A stretch of 64,000 nucleotides of DNA from Nemertoderma westbladi (GCA_032718475.1 JAUCBJ010007522.1:73263-137262), one strand, 5' to 3'. Numbered from the stretch's first letter, positions 48,393-62,147 are shown. Made by a program: numbers and translations. Notes: generated by a model not told the origin, from the sequence alone.

Positions 48393-49277
48393 GACATGTC
48401 GATGGATAGCTTCCTTTTGTGTTTGAGACGACAGATAGCACGGTTCGGCAGCAGTCAAACTATACGTTCTGACCAAGGAACCAATTTCGTCGGCGCTAGC
48501 AGAGAAATCACCACATATGTTGATAGATGGAACCAGGAACAAGTTGATGAGTTATTGAGAGTAAACGCGGCAACTTGGACATTCAACGCAGCTGATGCAC
48601 CATGGTGGGGAGGTAGCTGGGAGCGGATGATCCGAAGTGTTAAAATAGCATTCCACCACGTGATACCATGCGGGGCATACCTAACAGATGAGTTACTTCG
48701 CACCTTTCTGGAAGAAATAGCAGCTTACATTAACGACCGCCCATTGATGCCTGCTTCGTCTGATCCGAAGTCATTGGAGTCGCTGACACCTGCCCACTTC
48801 CTGATGAAGAAACCTATCGTTATGGTACCTGTTTCTAATTCGGAAGATTCCCATATATACTTACGTCAAACATGGCGGATGATGCAATTACTTTCCAATA
48901 GATTCGCCATACACTTCGAGAAACACTACTTACCATCTCTCCAACTGCGCACCAAATGGTTTAGTCGTCAGGAAAACCTTCAAATTGATGACGTAGTACT
49001 AATAGTCGACGACGATATCCCGAGGAAACGATGGCAAACTGGACGTGTCACAGTTGTCCATACATCCGCTGACGGACTTGTGAGATCAGTCGACCTCATC
49101 GTAATGAGAAAGAAGAAACAAAGGGAGAAGGATAAGAAGAAATTAGAATTCGTACCTCAAACATTGAATAGACCAATTGGACGGCTCTGTTTGCTGGAAA
49201 TAGCCCGCGAGGAATCAGGCGATTATGGTCGTAAAAAACCAACACTGTATTCCTTTGAACACATTAATCCAAATTAA
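48393..49277 (+). pseudogene. pol: BEL-C integrase C-terminal half
   Basis: SDQGTNFVGA, APWWGGSWERMIRSVK, LTPAHFL, DGLVRSV and LNRPIGRLCLLE. Confidence 0.93.
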
Positions 49278-50644
49278 TAAACATTGGATACGATTGTGAT
49301 AACATTCCATCAAATCGTGGGAACGGGTTATTGTAAATTCGGATTAACATAGCAAATTTTTTTAAAAAACTTAAAGAGTGCAGATTCTTAAAGTTTAGCT
49401 TATTTACGCTGTAAGAATATACTGTATGTACGCTCTAAGAATATCATGTATGTACGCTGTACCTGTAAGAATATAATGTAAATATTTAGGCTACATAATA
49501 GTGACACAAAATAAATTTGGCTTTATTGTACATTAATCTACGAGTCTATAATAGGCTTATACTCTGAAAGTGTACAGTAAAAGAAGTCCCATAGCATGTC
49601 AATAAAATATGACAAATCACGGGAACGGAATAAACTCCCACTGCTGAGTAAAAATTTTGTTCAACACCCCGTGTAATTATACTATATATCCCATTTGGTC
49701 TTATTGTACAATAACTTATGTTATAAATTGCTTAATGTTCGCCGGTGTACAATAAGAGAAGTCCCCACATAACAATATGAATAAATATATTGTTTATACC
49801 TTTGACAAACTGAATGTTTGGATGTCCCAAGGCATCGTTGAACCTATCCGATGTACTTGCACATCATAATAAGCATCAGTTGTTAACGTCGTATTATAAA
49901 TAAAATATTAAAAGATCAAGGGAACGGATGGAGAAATTGAATATTTCTTTAACCGATGCACTTGCTGCGCTTTATAACAAACATTATTTGTTATAAATTT
50001 AAATAATTATGGGAACGGATTGCAAAATAAACCCAATAAAATAACCAATTTGGCCTCCTTGTACATTAATTCACGGATAGATATATTTATATTCAACCGG
50101 TGTGCAACGAGGGAAGTCTTCACAACAGTCAAATACTGTTGTCATTTTGACCATTTAAAGCCACAAGTCATCCCTGAATTAATCAGATATATTTGTGCGC
50201 GCAATAACGTCAATTGCTAACGTCTTTATATCTAATATAAATGTTAAATTGCAAAATTTTCAAATAGAAGGAACAAAATAAATTATTTCAATCAGACAGA
50301 AATATATTAATATTTCATGTCACGTTATTTAATGTCACAGATGATAAATAAGATATAAATCTGTTATATGACATTACCTCTATTTGAATGCATGATAACT
50401 ACTCTAACTATTCTCGTTCTCCTAGATGCCGCAGTTATAGTTGATTAATTCGAAAGATAAAGCATAATTATTGTTCAATTTTTGTCAAACAACAAATAAT
50501 GGGATAATAATATGTATACAATTAGTAACTAGCTATGAAATTTAATTAGCGGCATCGTGGAAAACACCAAATCAACGGAACCTTTGTATTTGTGTCGCAC
50601 CGTGAAATAAACAATTGATCTCAGCTAATCTCTGTGTGTTACAG

Positions 50645-50906
50645 TAGCGAGTTGCGGTATCTATTGGCAGTTTATATCTCACGAGTAAAGTTAAAGCTTT
50701 TGCCTCAATATTTTGTGACTTGCCGGCAATGATCAATAGCGGCCCGCAGCTCTGGATGGTTTTGAGGGACTCGGCTTAAGTTTATTGTCCGCCACCGGAT
50801 TGGTAGTTATATCCGAAGGTGCGGAACAAAACAATAAACTGCCCGAGAAACTCAAACCATACTGCGGGTGAAAGGGAAGAGGTGGCGACGTCCGCTAACC
50901 TCAATT
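50645..50906 (+). ncRNA. Putative structured RNA module upstream of the BEL-C accessory ORF
   Basis: Long hairpin CCCGCAG(50743)...CTGCGGG(50868). Conserved flanking motifs TAGCGAGTTGC and GCGACGTCCGCTA, as in BEL-B. Confidence 0.55.
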
Positions 50907-50956
50907 TCGACAAGCACTTATAACTCTTGATATCTTTGGATCATATATATCGAACA

Positions 50957-51306
50957 ATGGATTTAATTGAAGATGATCACGAATTAAGGGAGCGATATAT
51001 TCGGGCTATGAAGGAATTATTGGATGGTCTCTCAATTGGATCACCGACGAACAACCCCTATCTCGATATGCTGAGCCGTAAATGATGGATGAGCAACTCA
51101 GATGGGAGTTCAACTATTGTAGTTCCCCGAATTACCTTACACAAACCGAGATGTTTGAACTCTCTTTGACGAGCGAACCAAGAATCGCAATCCTTGATCA
51201 CCGAATCCTTTATCACATTTGGACGCTTTTGACTAGAGAGTACAGTCAAGTGAGTTCCCCGAGATCAGCGAGTATTCCCCTCCACGTCAACCGCTGCCCA
51301 TTGTGA
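50957..51306 (+). pseudogene. BEL-C accessory ORF homologue (disrupted); may extend toward 52260
   Basis: ATG at 50957 gives MDLIEDDHELRERYIRAMKELLDGL; the shifted frame reads RYAEP*MMDEQLRWEFNY. Aligns with BEL-B 11049-10663. Confidence 0.7.
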
Positions 51307-52328
51307 ATGTGGCGACTGTCACGATTTAATGAATAGACTCTAACTGACTCGAGACATCATCCGTGGAACAGTTGTCTCCAGTATATCTGAAGTCAATCAG
51401 AAATTCTCGATCCTTTCGACTACTGCATATATGAGTCGAATGACATCATGTATCGAGATTCTAGCGTTGTTGGAACAGCTCAACCAAACCATGGAAATTG
51501 AGCTGACCGCCAGTCTGGTGGCGAGTATAGGACACAGTAGACTCTGTACGAACAACAAAGAGTTTGGTCGCCCGACATAGAGTTATAACATAGGGTCATT
51601 GACCGTATGGACAGCTGTTTCGAACGAAATTACCTCCATAGTACAATTCCTGATGATAATGAGTCCTACAGTATCGTCAAAGTAATTCAACAAGTTCCCA
51701 AAGACGGCGATTCCTTCTTCGAGAAATCATCCCGAGTTGAGGGAGACGGGGTGCCGCAAGGTTAAAACAAATCGACATCGGGACCATGTATCCAATTTCC
51801 AATGAACCTAAGCAGTTCATGACAACAACTAAAACATTCGCAGTCCCGACGCAGCCGTATTAATACATGTGTTGGACTTACCTCCGATAAAACCGAGACG
51901 AGATACCAATATTGGGTATGGGAAATTACTGAAGCGGTCTACTGCGAGACAGCACCGATAACTTCAGACGGGTAACGAACAGCTGAACACCTCTATCCAT
52001 CCGCGCATATGCTGGAAAGGTTCTTGTTGCTGACGTTCTAGAACTGCGCCCATTCCCAGATGACACCTTGGTGGAGTCACTTACCCATTACCCAAACACC
52101 CTCGATATGATTACCAAGGGCGAAGTTGGCAGATTAAAGTCGGAAAGGTCAAGAAGGAAGGTTAAACAAGGTAGATTGAGCCTGCTGCGGAGATTAAGAG
52201 AATTGAGTCTTCCAAATTGTAAATTCTGTTTATTTAACAAGAACTTGTTAAATTTGTAGACTTTGTTTATTAAGCAGAACTTGTTTTACAAGTTGTAGTA
52301 TGTACTTAGCCTCAACTCTCGGGAACGG

Positions 52329-53195
52329 TGTTAATGCCACTAGTGAATGGCATTTACCTCGCAGGCTCGCCCCATATTGTTAATTTACTTCTGCCAGGGA
52401 ATTATTATGTTATACGGCAAGGGCCATGCAGAATAGCTCTGATTGGCTAATACCCATTTGCATTCAGCTTACCAGCCCCAGCCTATATATAGTATAGCAT
52501 TATATCAGTTGGTCAGCCTAACTATTGAAGATTTATTAGTTAACAGCTCACTAGCTGTTAGTAGATTTGTGGGTCGGAATATTCACGTCAATTCGTGATA
52601 TTGCCGATGTCAATTTGTGATATTGATTCGTATTATGTCGATTTATTGTTTGCCTATTAATTAATTTGTTATATCAGTTGAATTATTGCGATTTATGTTA
52701 TTATTATGTTATCGATAAAGATAAAGAGAATGGATTCAAGTCATTCTGTTGTTGATTAACGTTGGTAGCACAATAACATTGAGGTTGGTGGTCTATAGAC
52801 TGTCACGGTATTGCAACTCATCGCACTGGGGTGTGTGTTACAGTATTGTCATATGACGCCTAATATTAATAGCAAACTAACATATTTTAATACGTGCACA
52901 AAATTAATTCCTGTGACATCGGTATCTCGGATTGTCAGTTTCATAAATCCGACTTCCATAAGTCTCGAATGAATACAGTTTTCAGTTAGACATAAAGACG
53001 TAAGCAGCCCAGACACACAACTTAAAGGAACTATTTATACGGGGTTTCAAATCTGTTTATAGTAACGCCAGTTTTATATGCAACAATAAATTATTCTACG
53101 AGTACAAGTAACGGTTACTAGCGCCCGTTTCTTGTATATACAGCTGGTCGTAAGTTTAGGCTCATTATTTGCAAAATTGAATTGTAGCGCTAACA
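52329..53195 (+). repeat. BEL-C 3' LTR (867 bp)
   Basis: TGT...ACA termini. ATTGG (CCAAT) at ~52442, TATATATA at ~52484, AATAAA at ~53085. Confidence 0.95.
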
Positions 53196-56100
53196 TATAC
53201 CAATGTACACCATTGTATACCAATGTACACAATTGTATACCAATGTACACCATTGTATACCAATGTACCTCTTTGTATACCAATGTACACCATTGTATAC
53301 CAATGTACACCATTGTATACCAATGTACACCATTGTATACCAATGTACACCATTGTACACCAATGTACACCATTGTACACCAATGTACACCATTGTATAC
53401 CAATGTACACCATTGTATACCAATGTACACAATTATATACCAATGTACAACATTGTATACCAATGTACACCATTATATACCAATGTACAACATTGTATAC
53501 CAATGTACACAATTGTATACCAATGTACACCATTGTATACCAATGTACACCATTGTATACCAATGTACACAATTATATACCAATGTACAACATTGTATAC
53601 CAATGTACACCATTATATACCAATGTACAACATTGTATACCAATGTACACAATTGTATACCAATGTACACCATTGTGCACCAATGTACACCATTATATAC
53701 CAATGTACAACATTGTATACCAATGTACACCATTGTATACCAATGTACACAATTGTATACCAATGTACACCATTGTATACCAATGTACACCATTGTATAC
53801 CAATGTACACCATTGTATACCAATGTACACAATTGTATACCAATGTACACAATTGTATACCAATGTACACCATTGTATACCAATGTACACCATTGTATAC
53901 CAATGTACACCATTGTATACCAATGTACACCATTGTATACCAATGTACACCATTATATACCAATGTACAACATTGTATACCAATGTACACCACTGTATAA
54001 CAATGTACACCATTGTAAACCAATGTACACAATTGTATACCAATGTACACCATTGTATACCAATGTACACCATTGTATACCAATGTACACCATTGTATAC
54101 CAATGTACACCATTGTATACCAATGTACACCATTGTATACCAATGTACACAATTGTATACCAATGTACACAATTGTATAGCAATGTACACCATTGTATAC
54201 CAATTTACACTATTGTATACCAATGTACACCATTGTATACCAATGTACACCATTATATACCAATGTACAACATTGTATACCAATGTACACCACTGTATAC
54301 CAATGTACACAATTGTATACCAATGTACACCATTGTATACCAATGTACACCATTGTATACCAATTTACACCATTGTATACCAATGTACACCATTGTATAC
54401 CAATGTACACAATTGTAAACCAATGTACACCATTGTATACCAATGTACACCATTGTATACCAATGTACACCATTGTATACCAATGTACACCATTGTATAC
54501 CAATGTACACCATTGTATACCAATGTACACAATTGTATACCAATGTACACCATTGTATACCAATGTACACCATTTTATACCAATGTACACCATTGTATAC
54601 CAATGTACACAATTGTATACCAATGTACACCATTGTATACCAATGTACACCATTGTATACCAATGTACACCATTGTATACCAATGTACACCATTGTATAC
54701 CAATGTACACCATTGTATACCAATGTACACCATTGTATACCAATGTACACCATTTTATACCAATGTACACCATTGTATACCAATGTACACCATTATATAC
54801 CAATGTACAACATTGTATACCAATGTACACCATTGTATAACAATGTACACCATTGTAAACCAATGTACACCATTGTATACCAATGTACACCATTGTATAC
54901 CAATGTACACCATTGTATACCAATGTACACCATTGTATACCAATGTACACCATTTTATACCAATGTACACCATTGTATACCAATGTACACCATTGTATAC
55001 CAATGTACACCATTGTATACCAATGTACACCATTGTATACCAATGTACACCATTGTATACCAATGTACACCATTGTATACCAATGTACACCATTGTATAC
55101 CAATGTACACCATTGTATACCAATGTACACCATTGTATACCAATGTACACCATTGTATACCAATGTACACCATTGTATACCAATGTACACAATTGCATAC
55201 CAATGTACACCATTGTAAACCAATGTACACCTTTGTAAACCAATGTACACCATTGTATACCAATGTACACCTTTGTAAACCAATGTACACCATTGTATAC
55301 CAATGTACACCATTATATACCAATGTACACCATTGTATACCAATGTACACAATTGTATACCAATGTACACAATTGTATACCAATGTACACAATTGTATAC
55401 CAATGTACACAATTGTATACCAATGTACACCATTATATACCAATGTACACAATTGCATACCAATGTACACCATTGTGAACCAATGTACACCATTGTAAAC
55501 CTATGTACACCATTGTATACCAATGTACACCATTGTATACCAATGTACACCATTGTATACCAATGTACACCATTGTATACCAATGTACACCATTGTATAC
55601 CAATGTACACCATTGTATACCAATGTACACCATTGTATACCAATGTACACCATTGTATACCAATGTACACCATTGTATACCAATGTACACCATTGTATAC
55701 CAATGTACACCATTGTATACCAATGTACACAATTGTAAACCAATGTACACCATTGTATACCAATGTACACCATTGTATACCAATGTACACCATTGTATAC
55801 CAATGTACACAATTATATACCAATGTACAACATTGTATACCAATGTACACCATTATATACCAATGTACAACATTGTATACCAATGTACACAATTGTATAC
55901 CAATGTACACCATTGTGCACCAATGTACACCATTATATACCAATGTACAACATTGTATACCAATGTACACCATTGTATACCAATGTTCACAATTGTATAC
56001 CAATGTACACCATTATATACCAATGTACACCATTGTATACCAATGTACACCATTGTATACCAATGTACACAATTGTATACCAATGTACACAATTGTATAC

Positions 56101-57926
56101 CAATGTACACCATTGTATACCAATGTACACCATTGTATACCAATGTACACCATTGTATACCAATGTACACCATTATATACCAATGTACAACATTGTATAC
56201 CAATGTACACCACTGTATAACAATGTACACCATTGTAAACCAATGTACACAATTGTATACCAATGTACACCATTGTATACCAATGTACACCATTGTATAC
56301 CAATGTACACCATTGTATACCAATGTACACCATTGTATACCAATGTACACAATTGTAAACCAATGTACACCATTGTATACCAATGTACACCATTGTATAC
56401 CAATGTACACCATTGTATACCAATGTACACAATTATATACCAATGTACAACATTGTATACCAATGTACACCATTATATACCAATGTACAACATTGTATAC
56501 CAATGTACACAATTGTATACCAATGTACACCATTGTATACCAATGTACACCATTGTATACCAATGTACACCATTGTATACCAATGTACACAATTGTATAC
56601 CAATGTACACAATTGTATACCAATGTACACAATTGTATACCAATGTACACAATTGTATACCAATGTATACCAATGTACACAATTGTATACCAATGTACAC
56701 ACTTGTATACCAATGTACACAATTGTATACCAATGTACACAATTGTATACCAATGTACACAATTGTATACCAATGTACACCATTGTATACCAATGTACAC
56801 CATTGTATACCAATGTACACCATTGTATACCAATGTACACCATTGTATACCAATGTACACACTTGTATACCAATGTACACAATTGTATACAAATGTACAC
56901 AATTGTATACCAATGTACACCATTGTATACCAATGTACACCATTGTATACCAATGTACACAATTATATACCAATGTACAACATTGTATACCAATGTACAC
57001 CATTATATACCAATGTACAACATTGTATACCAATGTACACAATTGTATACCAATGTACACCATTGTGCACCAATGTACACCATTATATACCAATGTACAA
57101 CATTGTATACCAATGTACACCATTGTATACCAATGTTCACAATTGTATACCAATGTACACCATTATATACCAATGTACACCATTGTATACCAATGTACAC
57201 CATTGTATACCAATGTACACAATTGTATACCAATGTACACAATTGTATACCAATGTACACCATTGTATACCAATGTACACCATTGTATACCAATGTACAC
57301 CATTGTATACCAATGTACACCATTATATACCAATGTACAACATTGTATACCAATGTACACCACTGTATAACAATGTACACCATTGTAAACCAATGTACAC
57401 AATTGTATACCAATGTACACCATTGTATACCAATGTACACCATTGTATACCAATGTACACCATTGTATACCAATGTACACCATTGTATACCAATGTACAC
57501 CATTGTATACCAATGTACACCATTGTATACCAATGTACACAATTGTATACCAATGTACACAATTGTATACCAATGTACACAATTGTATACCAATGTACAC
57601 AATTGTATACCAATGTATACCAATGTACACAATTGTATACCAATGTACACACTTGTATACCAATGTACACAATTGTATACCAATGTACACAATTGTATAC
57701 CAATGTACACAATTGTATACCAATGTACACCATTGTATACCAATGTACACCATTGTATACCAATGTACACCATTGTATACCAATGTACACCATTGTATAC
57801 CAATGTACACACTTGTATACCAATGTACACAATTGTATACAAATGTACACAATTGTATACCAATGTACACCATTGTATACCAATGTACACAATTGTATAA
57901 CAATGTACACAATTGTATACCAATGT
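53196..57926. repeat. 20-bp satellite (CCATTGTATACCAATGTACA)n, main part, with higher-order duplication
   Basis: Tandem array; rare variants recur 1150 bp apart. A remnant continues at ~60139-60187 beyond the LINE. Confidence 0.98.
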
Positions 57927-60105
57927 AATAATAATAATAATAATAATTAAAATATTTATATAGCGCCTTTCCTAAATTAAGAGCAAGGCGCATGGCACTG
58001 TTAAAATGTAGGATTGCTAAAAAATTAGATAAAAACAGTTTAATTAAAAACGGACATTGATAACATCGTTTGAATAATGATTATGCAGATTTACTCGTAC
58101 TCCAGGTGGAAGTAGTGTATTTTTAGCCTCGACTTAAAAACCGCGATGGTTGGTGATTGTCGAACGTTGATTGGCAGTTTGTTCCAAATAGTCGGGGCAG
58201 CAACTGAGAAAGCGCGCTTGCCGTAGTGCACCATGTTGAATCTAGGGATCACCAGCAGTTCGTAGTGGGATGACCTCAGTGACCGGGAGGGCGTGTAGGG
58301 TGACAGTAGATCTCGCAGATATACTGGTGCTGTTCCATTCAGACACTTGTAGGTAATCATCGCAATTTTATAGTCTATCCGACGTTGCACTGGAAGCCAA
58401 TGTAGTCGCATTAGTACAGGGGTCATTCGTTGCCTGTCACTTTTCTTGAGACCAACTAAAAGACGCTCCGCACAGTTCTGCACAAATTGTAGCTTTTTAA
58501 TGGAATCAGTCGAAAGACCGTAATAAAGGGAGTTGCAGTTGTCCAATTTACTTGTGACAAGTGCATGAATCAAAATCTCAAGATTGTCTTTGGATAAATA
58601 GCGCTTAATTTTTCCAAGATTCCTGAGGTGATAGAATGCTTCTCTGACAGTAATTCCAATGTGCTTGCGGAGTGTCAGATGAGAATCGATTTCAACACCG
58701 ATATTACGCGCAGTTGCGCTACAACCAATAGTCTCGGAACCGATTATCACGTGCGGGGATTCAACTTGTTTACCGAATTGCGACTGCAGCATGACCACTT
58801 TAGTCTTATCTGAGTTCATCTTTAAAAGATGTGAGTCCATCCATGCTCGAACTTCGGAAAGGCACTTTTCAGTGATATCCACTGCATCATTCAGGTTTGA
58901 TTTCTTAAATGTTATGTATTTTTGAGTATCATCTGCGTAGAGATGCAGGGACAGTCCGTATTTCCTTATCACATTTGCGAGTGAACGTGTATAAATAGTA
59001 AATAGTATTGGGCCAAGTACTGATCCTTGTGGGAGGCCGTATCTTAATTGCTGAGGTTGAGAATATGAGATGTTAATGCGTACTTGTTGTGAGCGGCCCG
59101 ACAAGTAGGATCGAAACCAATCTAGTGCTGTCCCTGCAATGCCGATCTCATGTTCCAGAGTATTTAATAAGATACTGTGTTCGACAGTATCAAAAGCAGC
59201 ACTGAGATCGAGCATTATTAACAGTACTGCACAACCATCATCAATTCCCCTCAGAATCTCATCGCTGACCCTAAGGAGTGCAGTTTTGGTTCCATGGAAT
59301 GGTCTATAGGCACTTTGCATAGGCTCGTGTAGATTATGTAAGTTCAGATAGAGCATCAGTTGGTTTGCAACAGCTTTTTCAACTAACTTCGAAATGAACA
59401 AGAGGTTTGAAACAGGTCTAAAGTTTTTCAGTATCTCGGGGTCAAGGCGTAACTTCTTGATGATGGGATTGAGCACAGCTTCTTTAAATAATGATGGAAA
59501 TGTAGCAGTTGTGAGTGATAAATTAATTATCATTGTAATGACACCTAAGAGAGTTGTAAAAGGTATTGCTTCACAATATGTGTAGGGAGTGGATTACGGG
59601 GGCTGGATTTGGGTTTTTAATATTTGATAAGCTTGGCAACATCATCAGTTGATATTTCCTCGAAGTGATCAAGTTTTGGTACTGAAAAAGAGAATTGAGA
59701 GTCAATTGGGCTACAATACTCTTCATCAGGGGCTACCTTGGCCCCAACCTCAGATTCAGCACTTCCGCAGTTCATAGTCTGATTTGGCAGATTTTGTCGA
59801 AGTTCGTTATCAACACCCAGCATTTCATCGCGAATATCACTGCAAACCTGTCAGCTAACTCATATGCAGAGTCATGAGTCGGTAGGACATTACTTTTACG
59901 GTGAAGAATTTTGTCAACCACTGAGAAGAGCTTTCTATTATCACCAATGTTTGAATCAATAATACCCCTGTAGAATTTCTCTTTTGTTGATATTAATAGC
60001 TGTGCCACGACATTACATTGTTGCCTGTAAGCATCACAGTCTATCTGAAGTTGAGTCTTTCTATACCGGCGCTCGAGTCTCCTTCGCTTCCTTTTAGCCT
60101 CCATT
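57927..60105 (-). mobile_element. 5'-truncated L2/CR1-group LINE inserted in the satellite
   Basis: ORF2 fragments at 60104-59617 and 59533-58091. The 3' end has a GCGCCTT...AAGGCGC stem followed by TATATAAAT...(TTA)n. Confidence 0.92.
58091..59533 (-). CDS. LINE ORF2 reverse transcriptase, C-terminal 480 aa
   Basis: NFRPVSNL, LDLSAAFDTV, GLPQGSVLGPILF, YADDTQ, LHWLPV and GKRAFS motifs. Confidence 0.93.
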   Translation of the reverse strand: MIINLSLTTATFPSLFKEAVLNPIIKKLRLDPEILKNFRPVSNLLFISKLVEKAVANQLMLYLNLHNLHEPMQSAYRPFHGTKTALLRVSDEILRGIDDGCAVLLIMLDLSAAFDTVEHSILLNTLEHEIGIAGTALDWFRSYLSGRSQQVRINISYSQPQQLRYGLPQGSVLGPILFTIYTRSLANVIRKYGLSLHLYADDTQKYITFKKSNLNDAVDITEKCLSEVRAWMDSHLLKMNSDKTKVVMLQSQFGKQVESPHVIIGSETIGCSATARNIGVEIDSHLTLRKHIGITVREAFYHLRNLGKIKRYLSKDNLEILIHALVTSKLDNCNSLYYGLSTDSIKKLQFVQNCAERLLVGLKKSDRQRMTPVLMRLHWLPVQRRIDYKIAMITYKCLNGTAPVYLRDLLSPYTPSRSLRSSHYELLVIPRFNMVHYGKRAFSVAAPTIWNKLPINVRQSPTIAVFKSRLKIHYFHLEYE

Positions 60106-60960
60106 ATTGAATTATTGTATTGTTATTGTATATTATTGACACCATTGTATACCAATGTACACAATTGTATACCAATGTACACCATTATGTGTTAATATTT
60201 ATTATTGGTTCTCCAGGTACCTTGACATTTTTGTAACTTTTGTGAGATTCTGTAATTAATTGTACGGGTATTCGAATCTTTTAAAACCCTAATTTAGTGA
60301 GTGTAGACATCATCATAACATATTATACTAGGTATAATTATATTGAACAAAAATTATACAAACTAAACTATAATGGCGCATTCGAACCCCCGATAGCCGA
60401 ATCAATGTGGTTCTCTCGATTATGAAGAAACTTAAGTTTTCGCTACAGTAGATCGATTCACGGATTATAATGGGGTTACTTTAGCAGATAGGGGGGAAAC
60501 TGGACGCAATAAAAATCCATCCTTCTACAGGGGAAATTCGACGCAAATAACAGATGATTACTCTAAAATGTAAAGCTGTAACCTGTTCTATTTTGTTTAG
60601 TTTATTGTTTTGGTTAAATCAACGTGCCACTGTAACCTGCTCCTTTCCTTAAATTGAGAATTTAACGTTGAGGCGGGATATTAATTCGCCAAGGCGGGTT
60701 TTGCGTCCAGTCCCCACCCCCTCTCTACTTTAGAGGCACCGCATCATATTTTGTGTATCTCGAGAAACAATTATATATTGTAGGCCTACACTTTATTTAG
60801 AAGGCACTTGATGTGACTTGTTTTGACACCAATTAAGTCGGCCGTTATTAAATATTTTGCCTGGCTTGAAATACTAAACTAAAATAAACCGAAATCTGAC
60901 GTAACATCTTCAGTAAATCGAGTAAATTCTTTAGAGAAACATTTGTAACATTTTCTATAA

Positions 60961-61510
60961 TGCTGTATGATTCTTGCAGTAGGCCTACTACGTCCATGCT
61001 GTATGATTCTTGCAGTAGGCCTACTACGTCCATGCTGTATGATTCTTGCAGTAGGCCTACTACGTCCGTGCTGTATGATTCTTGCAGTAGGCCTACTACG
61101 TCCATGCTGTATGATTCTTGCAGTAGGCCTACTACGTCCGTGCTGTATGATTCTTGCAGTAGGCCTACTACGTCCATGCTGTATGATTCTTGCAGTAGGC
61201 CTACTACGTCCGTGCTGTATGATTCTTGCAGTAGGCCTACTACGTCCGTGCTGTATGATTCTTGCAGTAGGCCTACTACGTCCGTGCTGTATGATTCTTG
61301 CAGTAGGCTTACTACGTCCATGCTGTATGATTCTTGCAGTAGGCCTACTACGTCCATGCTGTATGATTCTTGCAGTAGGCCTACTACGTCCATGCTGTAT
61401 GATTCTTGCAGTAGGCCTACTACGTCCATGCTGTATGATTCTTGCAGTAGGCCTACTACGTCCTACATAATGCTGTATGATTCTAGCAGTAGGCCTACTA
61501 CGTGTAGGCA
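60961..61510. repeat. 36-bp minisatellite x ~15 (TGCTGTATGATTCTTGCAGTAGGCCTACTACGTCCR)
   Basis: Head-to-tail copies without spacers, each containing the palindrome AGTAGGCCTACT. Confidence 0.97.
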
Positions 61511-62147
61511 CTACGTCCTACACTTAATATAAATTGTGGTAATTAAATTACAGCATTTGTATGCATAACGTGTATGAAGACATTTATATTTATTATATTT
61601 ATGTGTAGGTCCTATTACTGTACATACATTAAAATATATGCACGCAGAAAACATATATTTACTATTAAATTAATAATGTTACAACAGTAAATTTCGTTAC
61701 TACATAATTAGAGTATTTCGGGAAATGATTGTGGTAAATATTTATTGTCTCATTTCGCACCAAATTCCCGAATAGTCATCTTCTTTATGAGCATCTCAGT
61801 TATATTCAAAGTAAATCACAAAGAATTTATTCTGTTTTGTTCTACCTAAATAAAAATATTGAAGTTATAATAATTAATTACGTAGGCCAACTATTATATT
61901 TTGTAACGTTACAACCACGGCTTATACAGTAGCTACAATCACTTTAATTTTCATAAATGTTACATATCGTCCCTTTCATTTTCAAACAACCTAAATGACA
62001 AACTTGACTTTTCCTGTAAAACTGCTTTATTTATTCTAATTTTGTTTGCAATTAATATTCCAGGATTTTGGTCTTATTTACTTTTAAATACATGAAATGT
62101 AACGATTTTAAACAAAAATAGTTTTGGTATTGGTATTATGTAACATA

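Larger units (their letters stand above)
31152..53195 (+). mobile_element. BEL/Pao LTR retrotransposon BEL-C, both LTRs present, with nested LINE and Gypsy
   Basis: LTRs TGTTAATGCC...GCGCTAACA. TSD TATAC at 31147-31151 and 53196-53200. BEL gag-pol at 36416-49277. PPT-like GGGAACGG at 52321-52328. Confidence 0.95.

Noticed and set aside
53074-57993. Dozens of long ORFs (up to 815 aa) on both strands here and at 30058-31291
   Set aside because: They are artefacts of a nearly stop-free 20-bp satellite that is open in all six frames.
60961-61510. 36-bp palindromic repeat resembling a CRISPR array; ORFs 60848-61532
   Set aside because: Units are head-to-tail with no unique spacers, there are no cas genes, and the context is eukaryotic.
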